Shown: in pieces, positions 55,937 to 64,000 of the stretch
How positions within the stretch are numbered: the first letter of the stretch is position 1
Layout: every line of letters begins with the position of its first letter
From: Buchnera aphidicola (Pentalonia nigronervosa)
GTDB taxonomy: Bacteria > Pseudomonadota > Gammaproteobacteria > Enterobacterales > Enterobacteriaceae
Assembly (NCBI GenBank): GCA_014622685.1
Contig: CP061275.1
Coordinates: forward strand, 37,471-101,470
Length of the DNA stretch: 64,000 bases
Direction of reading: 5' to 3'
Translations under genes and position numbers: made by a program
Notes under the pieces: model-generated
Databases searched by the model: none
What the model saw: the letters and a program-made list of their open reading frames with translations, nothing else
Told to the model about the DNA's origin: nothing

Positions 55937-57193
55937 TTAAAACTCTTTTTTAAACCAATTATGAATATATCTAATCCAATCTTTAAAAAAAGAATCTTTA
56001 CCTTTTTCATTTTTAATATTTTTATAGTAATCTTTTCTGTAATGTAATAAACCAATTACTGTTGAATATGGCGTTTCAATTATATTTTCTGTTAAACCTG
56101 AAATATTTAATGGTTTAGCAATACGAACTGGTCTATGAAAAATTTTTTCTGCACATTCTGCTAAACAGGTGATTTTTGCACCTCCGCCGGTTATAACTAT
56201 TCCTCTAGCTAACTGGCATTTTTTTCCTTCTAAATGTAGTTTTTTTTGTATATAGAGAATTCTGTCTTTAATTAAAAACATTAATTCAATATATCTTGCA
56301 GCAATTACTTCTATTAATGCATCTTGCTTAAAGATATTTTTTAGATGGTCATCCATATCAGAAAAATCAACATTTTTTTCTGTTCCTAAAGGCGGAATGG
56401 TTACAGCTCCATATTTTATTTTTATTTTTTCGGCGTTATGAAAAGATGTACTAAAAGCATATGAAATATCATTAGTTACAGCATTACCTGCGTATGGAAT
56501 TACTTGACTATCTTGTATAGATCCATCGATGTAAGTAGTAAAATCAACAGTACCCCCGCCTATGTCAATCATGCATACACCTAGATTGCATTCATCTTCA
56601 GTTAAAACTGCTTTACTGGACGCAAGTCCAGAAAAAATTACTTGATCCACTTTGACATGACATTTTTCTACTGCTTTAATCATATTTTTAGTAATGTTTT
56701 TATTACAAGTGATAAGATGAACTTTTACTTGCATACGTATTCCAGATAATCCTATTGGATTTTTTATACCAGATTGTTGATCAATAGAATAATCTTTTGG
56801 TATTACATGTAATATATGGTGTTCATGAGGTAATTTTACTGATTTCGCTGTATGAATAACATTGTCTAAATCATATGCAGTTACTTCTTCTTTTAATATT
56901 GGTACCATTCCTATTTCATTTTGACAGTTAACATGTTGATTTGAAACTGATAAACATAAAGAAGAAATTTGACAGTTAGATGTGATTTCTGCTTTTTTAA
57001 TAGATTTTTGAACACATTGTACTATTTCATCTAAATTGTTAATGCAACCTTTTTCTATTCCTTTTGAAGAGCATACTCCAATTCCAATGACTTTAATTGT
57101 GTCATTTATCAATATTTCTCCTACTAAAGTAATTACCTTAGTAGTTCCAATTTCTAAACCTACTATTAACTTTTTTTCTATTGATTTAATCAT
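55937..57193 (-). CDS. ftsA: Cell division protein FtsA
   Basis: 418 aa with an actin-like fold, DIGGGTVD and GIVITGGGA. Confidence 0.96.
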   Translation of the reverse strand: MIKSIEKKLIVGLEIGTTKVITLVGEILINDTIKVIGIGVCSSKGIEKGCINNLDEIVQCVQKSIKKAEITSNCQISSLCLSVSNQHVNCQNEIGMVPILKEEVTAYDLDNVIHTAKSVKLPHEHHILHVIPKDYSIDQQSGIKNPIGLSGIRMQVKVHLITCNKNITKNMIKAVEKCHVKVDQVIFSGLASSKAVLTEDECNLGVCMIDIGGGTVDFTTYIDGSIQDSQVIPYAGNAVTNDISYAFSTSFHNAEKIKIKYGAVTIPPLGTEKNVDFSDMDDHLKNIFKQDALIEVIAARYIELMFLIKDRILYIQKKLHLEGKKCQLARGIVITGGGAKITCLAECAEKIFHRPVRIAKPLNISGLTENIIETPYSTVIGLLHYRKDYYKNIKNEKGKDSFFKDWIRYIHNWFKKEF

Positions 57194-57341
57194 GGTTCTT
57201 TTGATCCGTACTATATTTTCATTGTTTTTATAAGAAAATACAATTTTTTATTTTTATGTTTATATTATTTTACAATTTAATACAGTCGGTATTTATATTT
57301 TTTATTTCTATTTTATAAAAACATAATTTTTAAGCAATGAA

Positions 57342-58262
57342 TTAATATGTCATTTTTAAAATATTTAATACGAGTTTATCAAATGATATTCCCACGGATT
57401 TTGCTGAAATTGGCAATAAACTACGATGAGTCATACCAGGTATGGTGTTAACTTCTAATAGGTAAAATTTTTTGTTTTCATGCAATATCACATCAATTCT
57501 GCCATATCCAGAACATCCTAGTATATTCCATGCTGACATTACAATTTTCTTTAATCTCGTTTCTTGTTGTATATTTAATTTACTAGGACATGTATATTGA
57601 GTAGTATGAGACAAATATTTAGCATGATAATCATAAAATTGATGCTTTGTAGAAACATGAACAGCCGGTAATATTTTATCTCCAAGAATAGGTACTGTGT
57701 ATTCTTCGCCTGTTAAAAATTTTTCTATGAGCACGTAATTATCATAAAAAAAAGCAACATTAAGTGCATGGTCCAGATCTTCAATACTATTCACTCGTGT
57801 AATTCCGATACTAGAACCTTGACAATTTGGTTTTACTATAACAGGTAATCCTAATGTAACAATTTTTTTTCTTATTAAAGAAAAAGATGTAGTTTTTTTA
57901 TAGTTTCTATGAAGATAAATATTCGGTGCTGTTAAAAGAGAATGCGATCTCCATAATTGTTTTGTTCTGAATTTATCCATAGATATTGCCGATGACATAA
58001 TTTTGCTACCGGTATAAGGGATATTTAAATATTCTAATACTCCTTGAATACTACCATCTTCACCACCTTTTCCATGTAACATAATATATGCTGTATTAAA
58101 TTTTTGTTTTTTTAAATGCATTATAGGAAAATCACGAGTATCAATTGGATGTGCATTTAATCCAGATTTTAATAAACTTTTCAAAACACAAGATCCTGAT
58201 ATAATTGAAATGTTTCTTTCTGGCGAAGTGCCACCGAGTAACACTGCTATTTTTTTATTCAT
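57342..58262 (-). CDS. ddlB: D-alanine--D-alanine ligase
   Basis: 306 aa. [24 protein letters not shown] and an ATP-grasp C-terminus ([10 protein letters not shown]). Confidence 0.95.
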   Translation of the reverse strand: MNKKIAVLLGGTSPERNISIISGSCVLKSLLKSGLNAHPIDTRDFPIMHLKKQKFNTAYIMLHGKGGEDGSIQGVLEYLNIPYTGSKIMSSAISMDKFRTKQLWRSHSLLTAPNIYLHRNYKKTTSFSLIRKKIVTLGLPVIVKPNCQGSSIGITRVNSIEDLDHALNVAFFYDNYVLIEKFLTGEEYTVPILGDKILPAVHVSTKHQFYDYHAKYLSHTTQYTCPSKLNIQQETRLKKIVMSAWNILGCSGYGRIDVILHENKKFYLLEVNTIPGMTHRSLLPISAKSVGISFDKLVLNILKMTY

Positions 58263-59715
58263 TTATTTAACTTTATATTTTTTTTGGAAAGCATTTTATA
58301 GACTATATTTTTTATATTTCCAGCGCCTTGTAATAAAACAATATCATTGTTTTGCAAAACTTTAATAAGTGTATCTAGTATTAAATTATGATTAGAAATT
58401 AATGTGATGTTGTGTAAATTAGTGAATGTTTTTATATCATGATATAATGAAAAACTGTTTGCGCCAGAAATGTGTTTTTCATTTGCGGAATATACATTTA
58501 GTATTAAAAGTATGTCGACTTGAGATAATACGTTAATAAAATCGTTATATAAGTAATGCGTTCTTGTATATCTATGCGGTTGAAATATCATAATTAATTT
58601 TTTTTTTGGCCAACTAATTCGTATAGTTTTAATATTTTCAGATAATGCAGTAGGGTGATGACCATAATCATCTATTAACATAATATTTTTTTTATAAACA
58701 TGATTTTTTTGAAACCATAATTTTCCAATTAAATCAAATCTTCTTTCTGTGCCTTGAAAATATTTTAATGTTTTAATGATTTTGTCATTTTTTACTCCTT
58801 GACTAATTGCAAGAGCAACAGCAGCAGCAGCATTTAATGCATTATGTTTACCTGGCATGTTTAACGTAATTTTCAAATGTAATTTATTTTGTATCACTAA
58901 TGTAAAGTAAGAAAAAAAACCATTTTGTGTATATTTTGTAATCCATACATCTGCATTTTTGTGAAATCCATATGTAATTACATTGCATGTGAGTATGTAT
59001 GAAAAATCAAATAGAATACGATTATCTATGCATAGAATAGCTGTTCCAGAATATGGAATTTGTTTTAGAAAGACAAAAAATGTATTTTTAAGTTTTTCGA
59101 AATCACCATTGTAGTAATCCATATGATCGGATTCAATATTAGTAACAATAGCTATTGATGGTTTTAAGAATAATAGAGATGCATCGCTTTCGTCTGCCTC
59201 TACGATAAAATATTGTGAAATACCCAAATGGGAGTATGATTTTACTGATTTTATTAATCCGCCATTTATGCAAGTTGGGCTTAATTTGCTATTTTTAAAT
59301 ATATCAAATATCATTGATGTAGTTGTAGTTTTTCCATGTGTACCTGAGATTGCAATTCCAAATTTAAATTGCATTAATAATGCAAGCATTTCTGCTCGAA
59401 GGAATATAGGAATTTTTTTTTTTTTGCAGCAATAAGTTCTTGATTTGTTTCTTTAATAGCGCTAGATTTTACAATATAATCAATATTATATATATTTTTT
59501 TTAGAGTGTTGAAAATATATAATTGCACCTTTATTAATTAGTTTTGTTGTATTCGAATTTTTTGATAAATCAGAACCAGTGATAGTATGTCCTAATTTGA
59601 GTAGAACTAAAGCTAATCCCCCCATCCCTGTTCCACCGATACCAATAAAATGAATTTTTTTTTGAGAGATAAAAAAATTGTTTGTTTTTGTTTTATGCAT
59701 ATTCATATTCTTCAT
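58259..59715 (-). CDS. murC: UDP-N-acetylmuramate--L-alanine ligase, split by a frameshift in an A13 tract
   Basis: The N-terminal ORF (59715->59374) has [12 protein letters not shown]. The C-terminal ORF (59389->58259) has GTHGKTTTT. The frames join across A13 (59413-59425). One extra A gives [19 protein letters not shown], like E. coli AAHEARIPVIRRAEMLAEL. Confidence 0.88.
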
Positions 59716-59743
59716 TATTGATCATAATTAATAAAACTTACTG

Positions 59744-60820
59744 TTAATTTATTTTATGTGTTTTAATCGTTTTATAAATTATTTCCGAAATTTTTTCTGT
59801 TGAATCTCTTATTCCAAGAGAATAAGCTTTTTTTGCCATGTCAAATAGTTTTTCTCGAGTTAAAGAATGTAATAATTTTACTATTAGTTCAGTATTAAAT
59901 ACTGATTGATTAATTATTTTTGCTGCACCAATATTTTTTAAATTTTTTGCGTTTTTGTATTGCTGTTGATCTTTATGCGGATATGGCACAAAAATTGCTG
60001 CTAGTCCTACTACGGATATTTCACTTACTGTTAATGCTCCGGAACGACAAATAATTAAGTCTGCCCATTTATATGCAACAGCCATATCGTCTATGAAGTC
60101 AGTTATGCAATATACATTATTTACGCCAAGTTGACGATATCGCATTGTTATTTTTTTGAAATCGAGCGAACCTACTTGATGCCAAATAATAATTTTGTTT
60201 TTTAAAATTTTTGATACTTTTGGAAGTGTATCATTTAATATACTAGCTCCTTGACTTCCTCCAACAACAAGTATCCTTAAAGGCCCTATTCTATTTTCAA
60301 ATCGATATTTAGGACTAGGAATATTAATAATATTTTTAAAAATAGGATTTCCGACTGTTTTTGCATCTTTTAATGTTCCTGAAAAAGCTTGCATATTTTT
60401 TGTAGATATTCTAGATAACCATTGATTAGTTAAACCTGGTACCTGATTTTGTTCATGTATGAGTAATGGAATTTGAGAACACCAAGCCGCTAATCCACCA
60501 GGTCCAGATACATAGCCTCCCATAGTTAACGCAATATCTGGAGACCAGATTTTAATTATCTTTCGAATGTTATAAATAGCATTTATAACATTTATTGGCA
60601 AACATAAGATTGTTTTAAGAGTAGCATTACGCAGTCCTTGAATATTAATAAAATTGATGTCAATACCATGTTTAGGAACTAATTTGGATTCTATACGATC
60701 TCGTGTTCCTATCCATTTTATGTTCCAACCTTTTTTAATTAAATGCATTGCAATTGCAAGACCAGGAAAAACGTGTCCTCCACTTCCTCCTGCAATAATT
60801 ATAATTTTTTTTATCGTCAT
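59744..60820 (-). CDS. murG: UDP-GlcNAc:lipid I N-acetylglucosaminyltransferase
   Basis: 358 aa with AGGSGGHVFPGLA and RSGALTVSE. Confidence 0.96.
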   Translation of the reverse strand: MTIKKIIIIAGGSGGHVFPGLAIAMHLIKKGWNIKWIGTRDRIESKLVPKHGIDINFINIQGLRNATLKTILCLPINVINAIYNIRKIIKIWSPDIALTMGGYVSGPGGLAAWCSQIPLLIHEQNQVPGLTNQWLSRISTKNMQAFSGTLKDAKTVGNPIFKNIINIPSPKYRFENRIGPLRILVVGGSQGASILNDTLPKVSKILKNKIIIWHQVGSLDFKKITMRYRQLGVNNVYCITDFIDDMAVAYKWADLIICRSGALTVSEISVVGLAAIFVPYPHKDQQQYKNAKNLKNIGAAKIINQSVFNTELIVKLLHSLTREKLFDMAKKAYSLGIRDSTEKISEIIYKTIKTHKIN

Positions 60821-61994
60821 TATATTCCTTTAAAAAAAGCTTGTGATGTTTTTATTTTTATCTCAAAGTCAATTCTTAATAAAATTAAAATTGCTATTGA
60901 GTTGATAATTAAACTTGATCCTCCGTAACTTATTAAAGGCAACGTCAAACCTTTTACAGGTATAATACCAATTATACCGCTAATATTAATAGACGTTTGC
61001 AAAATGAACCACATACCGATAGAACAAGCTAAAAATCCTGAAAAAATTTCATGCTTTTTTAATGCTGTTTTTCCAATGTAAATAGCTCTTAAAGACAGTA
61101 GAAAAATCATTAATAGTGTGAAAAATGCGCCTATAAATCCTAATTCTTCACCTATAATTGAAAAAATAAAATCACTATGAGCATCTGGTAAATAATATAA
61201 TTTTTGAATAGAGTTTCCCAATCCCTGTCCAAAAAAACTACCTCGCCCTAATGCGATTAATGATTGCGTGATTTGATAACCTGCACCGAAGGGATCATTC
61301 CATGGATGCCAAAAAGAAAGTATTCTTTTTACACGATAAGGTTCAGTTAAAATTAATAGTATGATTGTTGCAATGCTACTAATAATGACTATGATAAATT
61401 GTTCTATTTTTATGCCAGAAATAAATAAAATTGAAAGTATAGTAAAAAATACAACAATTATTGTTCCTAAATCAGGTTCTGCTAATAATAAAAAAGACTG
61501 TAAAATTATAACACTTATAGGTTTAAAAACGCTCCAGAAATTATTTTGTACTTCACAATATTTTCGTGATAGATAATTAGATACATAAAAACATGACGAT
61601 ATTTTACATAATTCGGACGGTTGTATGTGAAAAAAACCTATATTTATCCATCTAAACGCACCATGATTAGCTTTTCCAAATATTAATACTACAATAAGCA
61701 AAAAAAATGAGATTATTAATATAACATGACTATTTTTTTCCCAAAATACCATTGGTATCCGTAACAAAAAATAAGATAAAAAGAATATTACGCAAAAATA
61801 AAATATCTCTCTTTTAACAAAAAAAAATGGATCGCAATATAATTTTTGTCCTATAGGAATTGACGTAGATGTTACCATAGTGAATCCTAATACTAACAAA
61901 CCTAAAGTGAGCCATAGTAAAATGCGATCATATAATACTATTGAGACATATTTTATATTATTTTCTTTTTTTTTATTCTAATTTTAGTATGCAT
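60820..61994 (-). CDS. ftsW: SEDS-family cell division protein FtsW, N-terminus separated from its ATG by an A9 frameshift
   Basis: Homology to E. coli FtsW (YDRILLWLTLGLLVLGFTMVTSTSIPIGQKL..) extends upstream of the track's TTG 61899 to a TAG at 61978-80, with no ATG, GTG or TTG in frame. ATG 61994 overlaps the murD stop and reaches this frame across A9 (61966-61974) if one A is added. Confidence 0.85.
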
Positions 61995-63316
61995 TAAATT
62001 AAATCCCTGACGAATTGTATAAATTGATTACCTCGTTCTTCAAAATTAGGAAATTGATCTAAACTACTACATCCAGGAGATAAAAGCACTGTGTCGCCAG
62101 ACACAACTTTTTTAGAAATTAGAGAAACAGCTTGCTTTAAGGTTGGAGTATAAATAGATTTTTTTGAGTATATCTTTGAAAGATATATTCCATCTTTTCC
62201 AAAGCAGTATATTCTTACTTTCATATTTTTAAGATATTTTTTTAAAACATGAAAATTGGCATTTTTTTTATCTCCTCCTAACAGTAACCATATTGTTCCC
62301 TTTGATCTTAAACATGTTAGAGCTGCTTTAACACTACTGACATTTGTAGATTTAGAATCGTTAATACAGCATATACCCTTGTGGGTGTTAATGATTTGAA
62401 GTCTATGCGGTAAACCTGAAAACGTACGTATTATATCCATTGTATGACTTCTAGGAAAAGTCATGGAATCTGCAATAGCTAAAACAGCTAGTATATTTTG
62501 GTAGTTGTGCTGTCCATATAAAAGCATTTGATTCGTGTTAATTATTTTTTTTCCTTTATTGCATAGAAATGTATTATTTTTATGGTGTAAAATGTAGTAA
62601 TCACTTTTAATCGAACCGAAACTGATCCACTGTTTTGATGTTTTAATTGGTATATCTAGTATATTAAAATTATTATTTATACAGATTTCAGCTTGTTTAT
62701 AAATAGATAGTTTAATTTTTTTATATTCTTTAAATCCGTTTGGATACCTATTAATATGATCATGTGTAATATTTAAAATGACAGCTATTTTAGGTTTTAA
62801 ACAAAACGTATGTTCAAGTTGAAAACTAGATATCTCGATAACATGTAAATTAAATTTTTTTTCAAGCGTATCAAGTACTGGATATCCAATGTTTCCGCAT
62901 AAAGATACGTTGTAACCTGCACGTTTAGCTATTTTTTTTACTATGGTAGCTACCGTACTTTTCCCATTTGTTCCAGTTATTGCAATTATTGGTACTGTTA
63001 CCTCTCTAGAAAATAATTCAATATCACTAATGACGTTAATGCCCAGTTTTTTAGCTTGTTTTAAGATAGGTTTATTTGAGGAAATGCCAGGGCTAATAAC
63101 AATTATATCCGATTCTAGAATCCATGTTTTTTTTAAATTTCCTACATGATATTTAATTTTTTTTGGAATAGTTTTTAAATAAATAGGGTGTGCAGATTCA
63201 TCAATAATTTTTGGTGTAATCCCTTTTTTTAAAAAAAAATTGATACATGATATGCCTGTTAATCCCATACCTAAAATTAATATTTTTTTTCCAGAATAAT
63301 TATACAAAATTAACAT
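61994..63316 (-). CDS. murD: UDP-N-acetylmuramoylalanine--D-glutamate ligase
   Basis: Homology starts at MLILYNYSGKKILILGMGLTGISC (ATG 63316). Has the GTNGKST P-loop. The longer ORF would overlap mraY. Confidence 0.95.
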   Translation of the reverse strand: MLILYNYSGKKILILGMGLTGISCINFFLKKGITPKIIDESAHPIYLKTIPKKIKYHVGNLKKTWILESDIIVISPGISSNKPILKQAKKLGINVISDIELFSREVTVPIIAITGTNGKSTVATIVKKIAKRAGYNVSLCGNIGYPVLDTLEKKFNLHVIEISSFQLEHTFCLKPKIAVILNITHDHINRYPNGFKEYKKIKLSIYKQAEICINNNFNILDIPIKTSKQWISFGSIKSDYYILHHKNNTFLCNKGKKIINTNQMLLYGQHNYQNILAVLAIADSMTFPRSHTMDIIRTFSGLPHRLQIINTHKGICCINDSKSTNVSSVKAALTCLRSKGTIWLLLGGDKKNANFHVLKKYLKNMKVRIYCFGKDGIYLSKIYSKKSIYTPTLKQAVSLISKKVVSGDTVLLSPGCSSLDQFPNFEERGNQFIQFVRDLI

Positions 63317-64000
63317 ATCCTTATTGATATAAGGCCAATTAAAACTAACATCAGAGAAACAATCCAAAACCGAATTATGATCGTCGGTTCTAACATTCCT
63401 TTAATTTCATAATGATGATGAATTGGAGCCATTTTAAATATTTTTTTTTTCAATAGTTGAAATGATATAATTTGTAATATAACAGAAAGAGCTTCAATAA
63501 CAAAAATACCACCCATAATTATTAATAACAATTCTTGATGTAATAATATAGTTATTGTACCTAATGCCCCTCCTAATGACAATGATCCAACATCGCCCAT
63601 AAAAATTTTAGCTGGATATGCGTTAAACCATAAAAAACCAAATCCTGATCCAATCATAGCTGAACATAATACAGTTAATTCAGCAGCGTTTTGTAAATAA
63701 ATGATATTTAAATAATGAAGATTACTAATATTTGAACTTAAAATCGATATTAACGCAAAAGAAGATGTTAGGAAAATTATTGGCATAATAGCTAAACCAT
63801 CTAATCCATCTGTCAAATTAACTGCATTGCTTGTTCCGATGATAACAAAATAAGATAATAATATGTATAAATAAGGCGTTTTAAGCGTAATTGGATGAAA
63901 AAATGGTATGATGAATGTACTTGTAAAAAAGTTTGGATTATTAACATATATTACATATACTGTACCTAATGCGATTATAGATAAATAGATATATTTATGC
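63310..64000 (-). CDS. mraY: Phospho-N-acetylmuramoyl-pentapeptide transferase, C-terminal part (5' end outside window)
   Basis: GTSNAVNLTDGLDGLAIM, FMGDVGSLSLGG and MAPIHHHYE. The frame stays open upstream of the track's TTG 63816 at least to 63837 (checked by hand); from the MraY length I expect it to run to the window edge. Confidence 0.93.
   Translation of the reverse strand, partial: HKYIYLSIIALGTVYVIYVNNPNFFTSTFIIPFFHPITLKTPYLYILLSYFVIIGTSNAVNLTDGLDGLAIMPIIFLTSSFALISILSSNISNLHYLNIIYLQNAAELTVLCSAMIGSGFGFLWFNAYPAKIFMGDVGSLSLGGALGTITILLHQELLLIIMGGIFVIEALSVILQIISFQLLKKKIFKMAPIHHHYEIKGMLEPTIIIRFWIVSLMLVLIGLISIRIC

Noticed and set aside
55479-56055. 146-aa, 100-aa and 63-aa ORFs overlapping ftsZ and the ftsZ-ftsA junction
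   Set aside because: They are antisense or out-of-frame shadows of the Gly/Ala-rich ftsZ coding region. They are low-complexity, lack motifs, and ftsZ and ftsA fully account for the sequence.
1-64000. Search for a novel multi-gene system, mobile element, prophage, CRISPR array, toxin-antitoxin or defence island
   Set aside because: Every substantial ORF is a recognisable housekeeping gene in E. coli-like or Buchnera-like order. The spacers have no ORFs of 60 aa or more of their own and no spaced direct repeats that I could see. I found nothing to support such a claim.

Overview
The window looks like a syntenic slice of a very AT-rich, strongly reduced gammaproteobacterial endosymbiont chromosome. 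Gene content and order are nuoLMN, folC, cvpA, prs, prfA, prmC, sirB1, ackA, pta, yfaE, nrdBA, gyrA, ahpC, ung, grpE, nadK, ssrA, grxD, rnt, sodA, pth, ychF, thrCBA, hpt, dksA, truA, mrcB, secA, guaC, aceEF, lpdA, speDE, mtnN, erpA, ftsZ, ftsA, ddlB, murC, murG, ftsW, murD, mraY. From memory this matches Buchnera aphidicola, but I cannot name the strain. Nearly every ORF of 100 aa or more in the track is a recognisable housekeeping gene. The only RNA gene I can support is a tmRNA (ssrA). I see no rRNA, tRNA, IS element, prophage, CRISPR array or defence or secretion island, and no unexplained multi-gene cluster, so I do not claim a novel system. Four things deserve a second look. (1) Reading frames are repeatedly broken exactly at long homopolymer tracts in cvpA, ung, mrcB, murC and ftsW, and a single-base length change restores collinearity with E. 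coli homologues in each case. This fits the transcriptional-slippage and pseudogenisation pattern described for endosymbionts, but it could also be homopolymer sequencing error. (2) mrcB (PBP1b) is decaying in a mosaic way: the glycosyltransferase half is intact and the transpeptidase half is broken in several places. (3) A mismatch-free palindrome with 55-bp arms at the lpdA/speD junction copies the 3' end of lpdA. (4) Several long ORF-free AT-rich spacers sit where E. coli synteny predicts genes, and one holds a 136-codon relic frame with three in-frame stops. Start codons are uncertain by a few codons in several genes. All homology statements come from my memory of E. coli proteins and conserved motifs, not from a database search.
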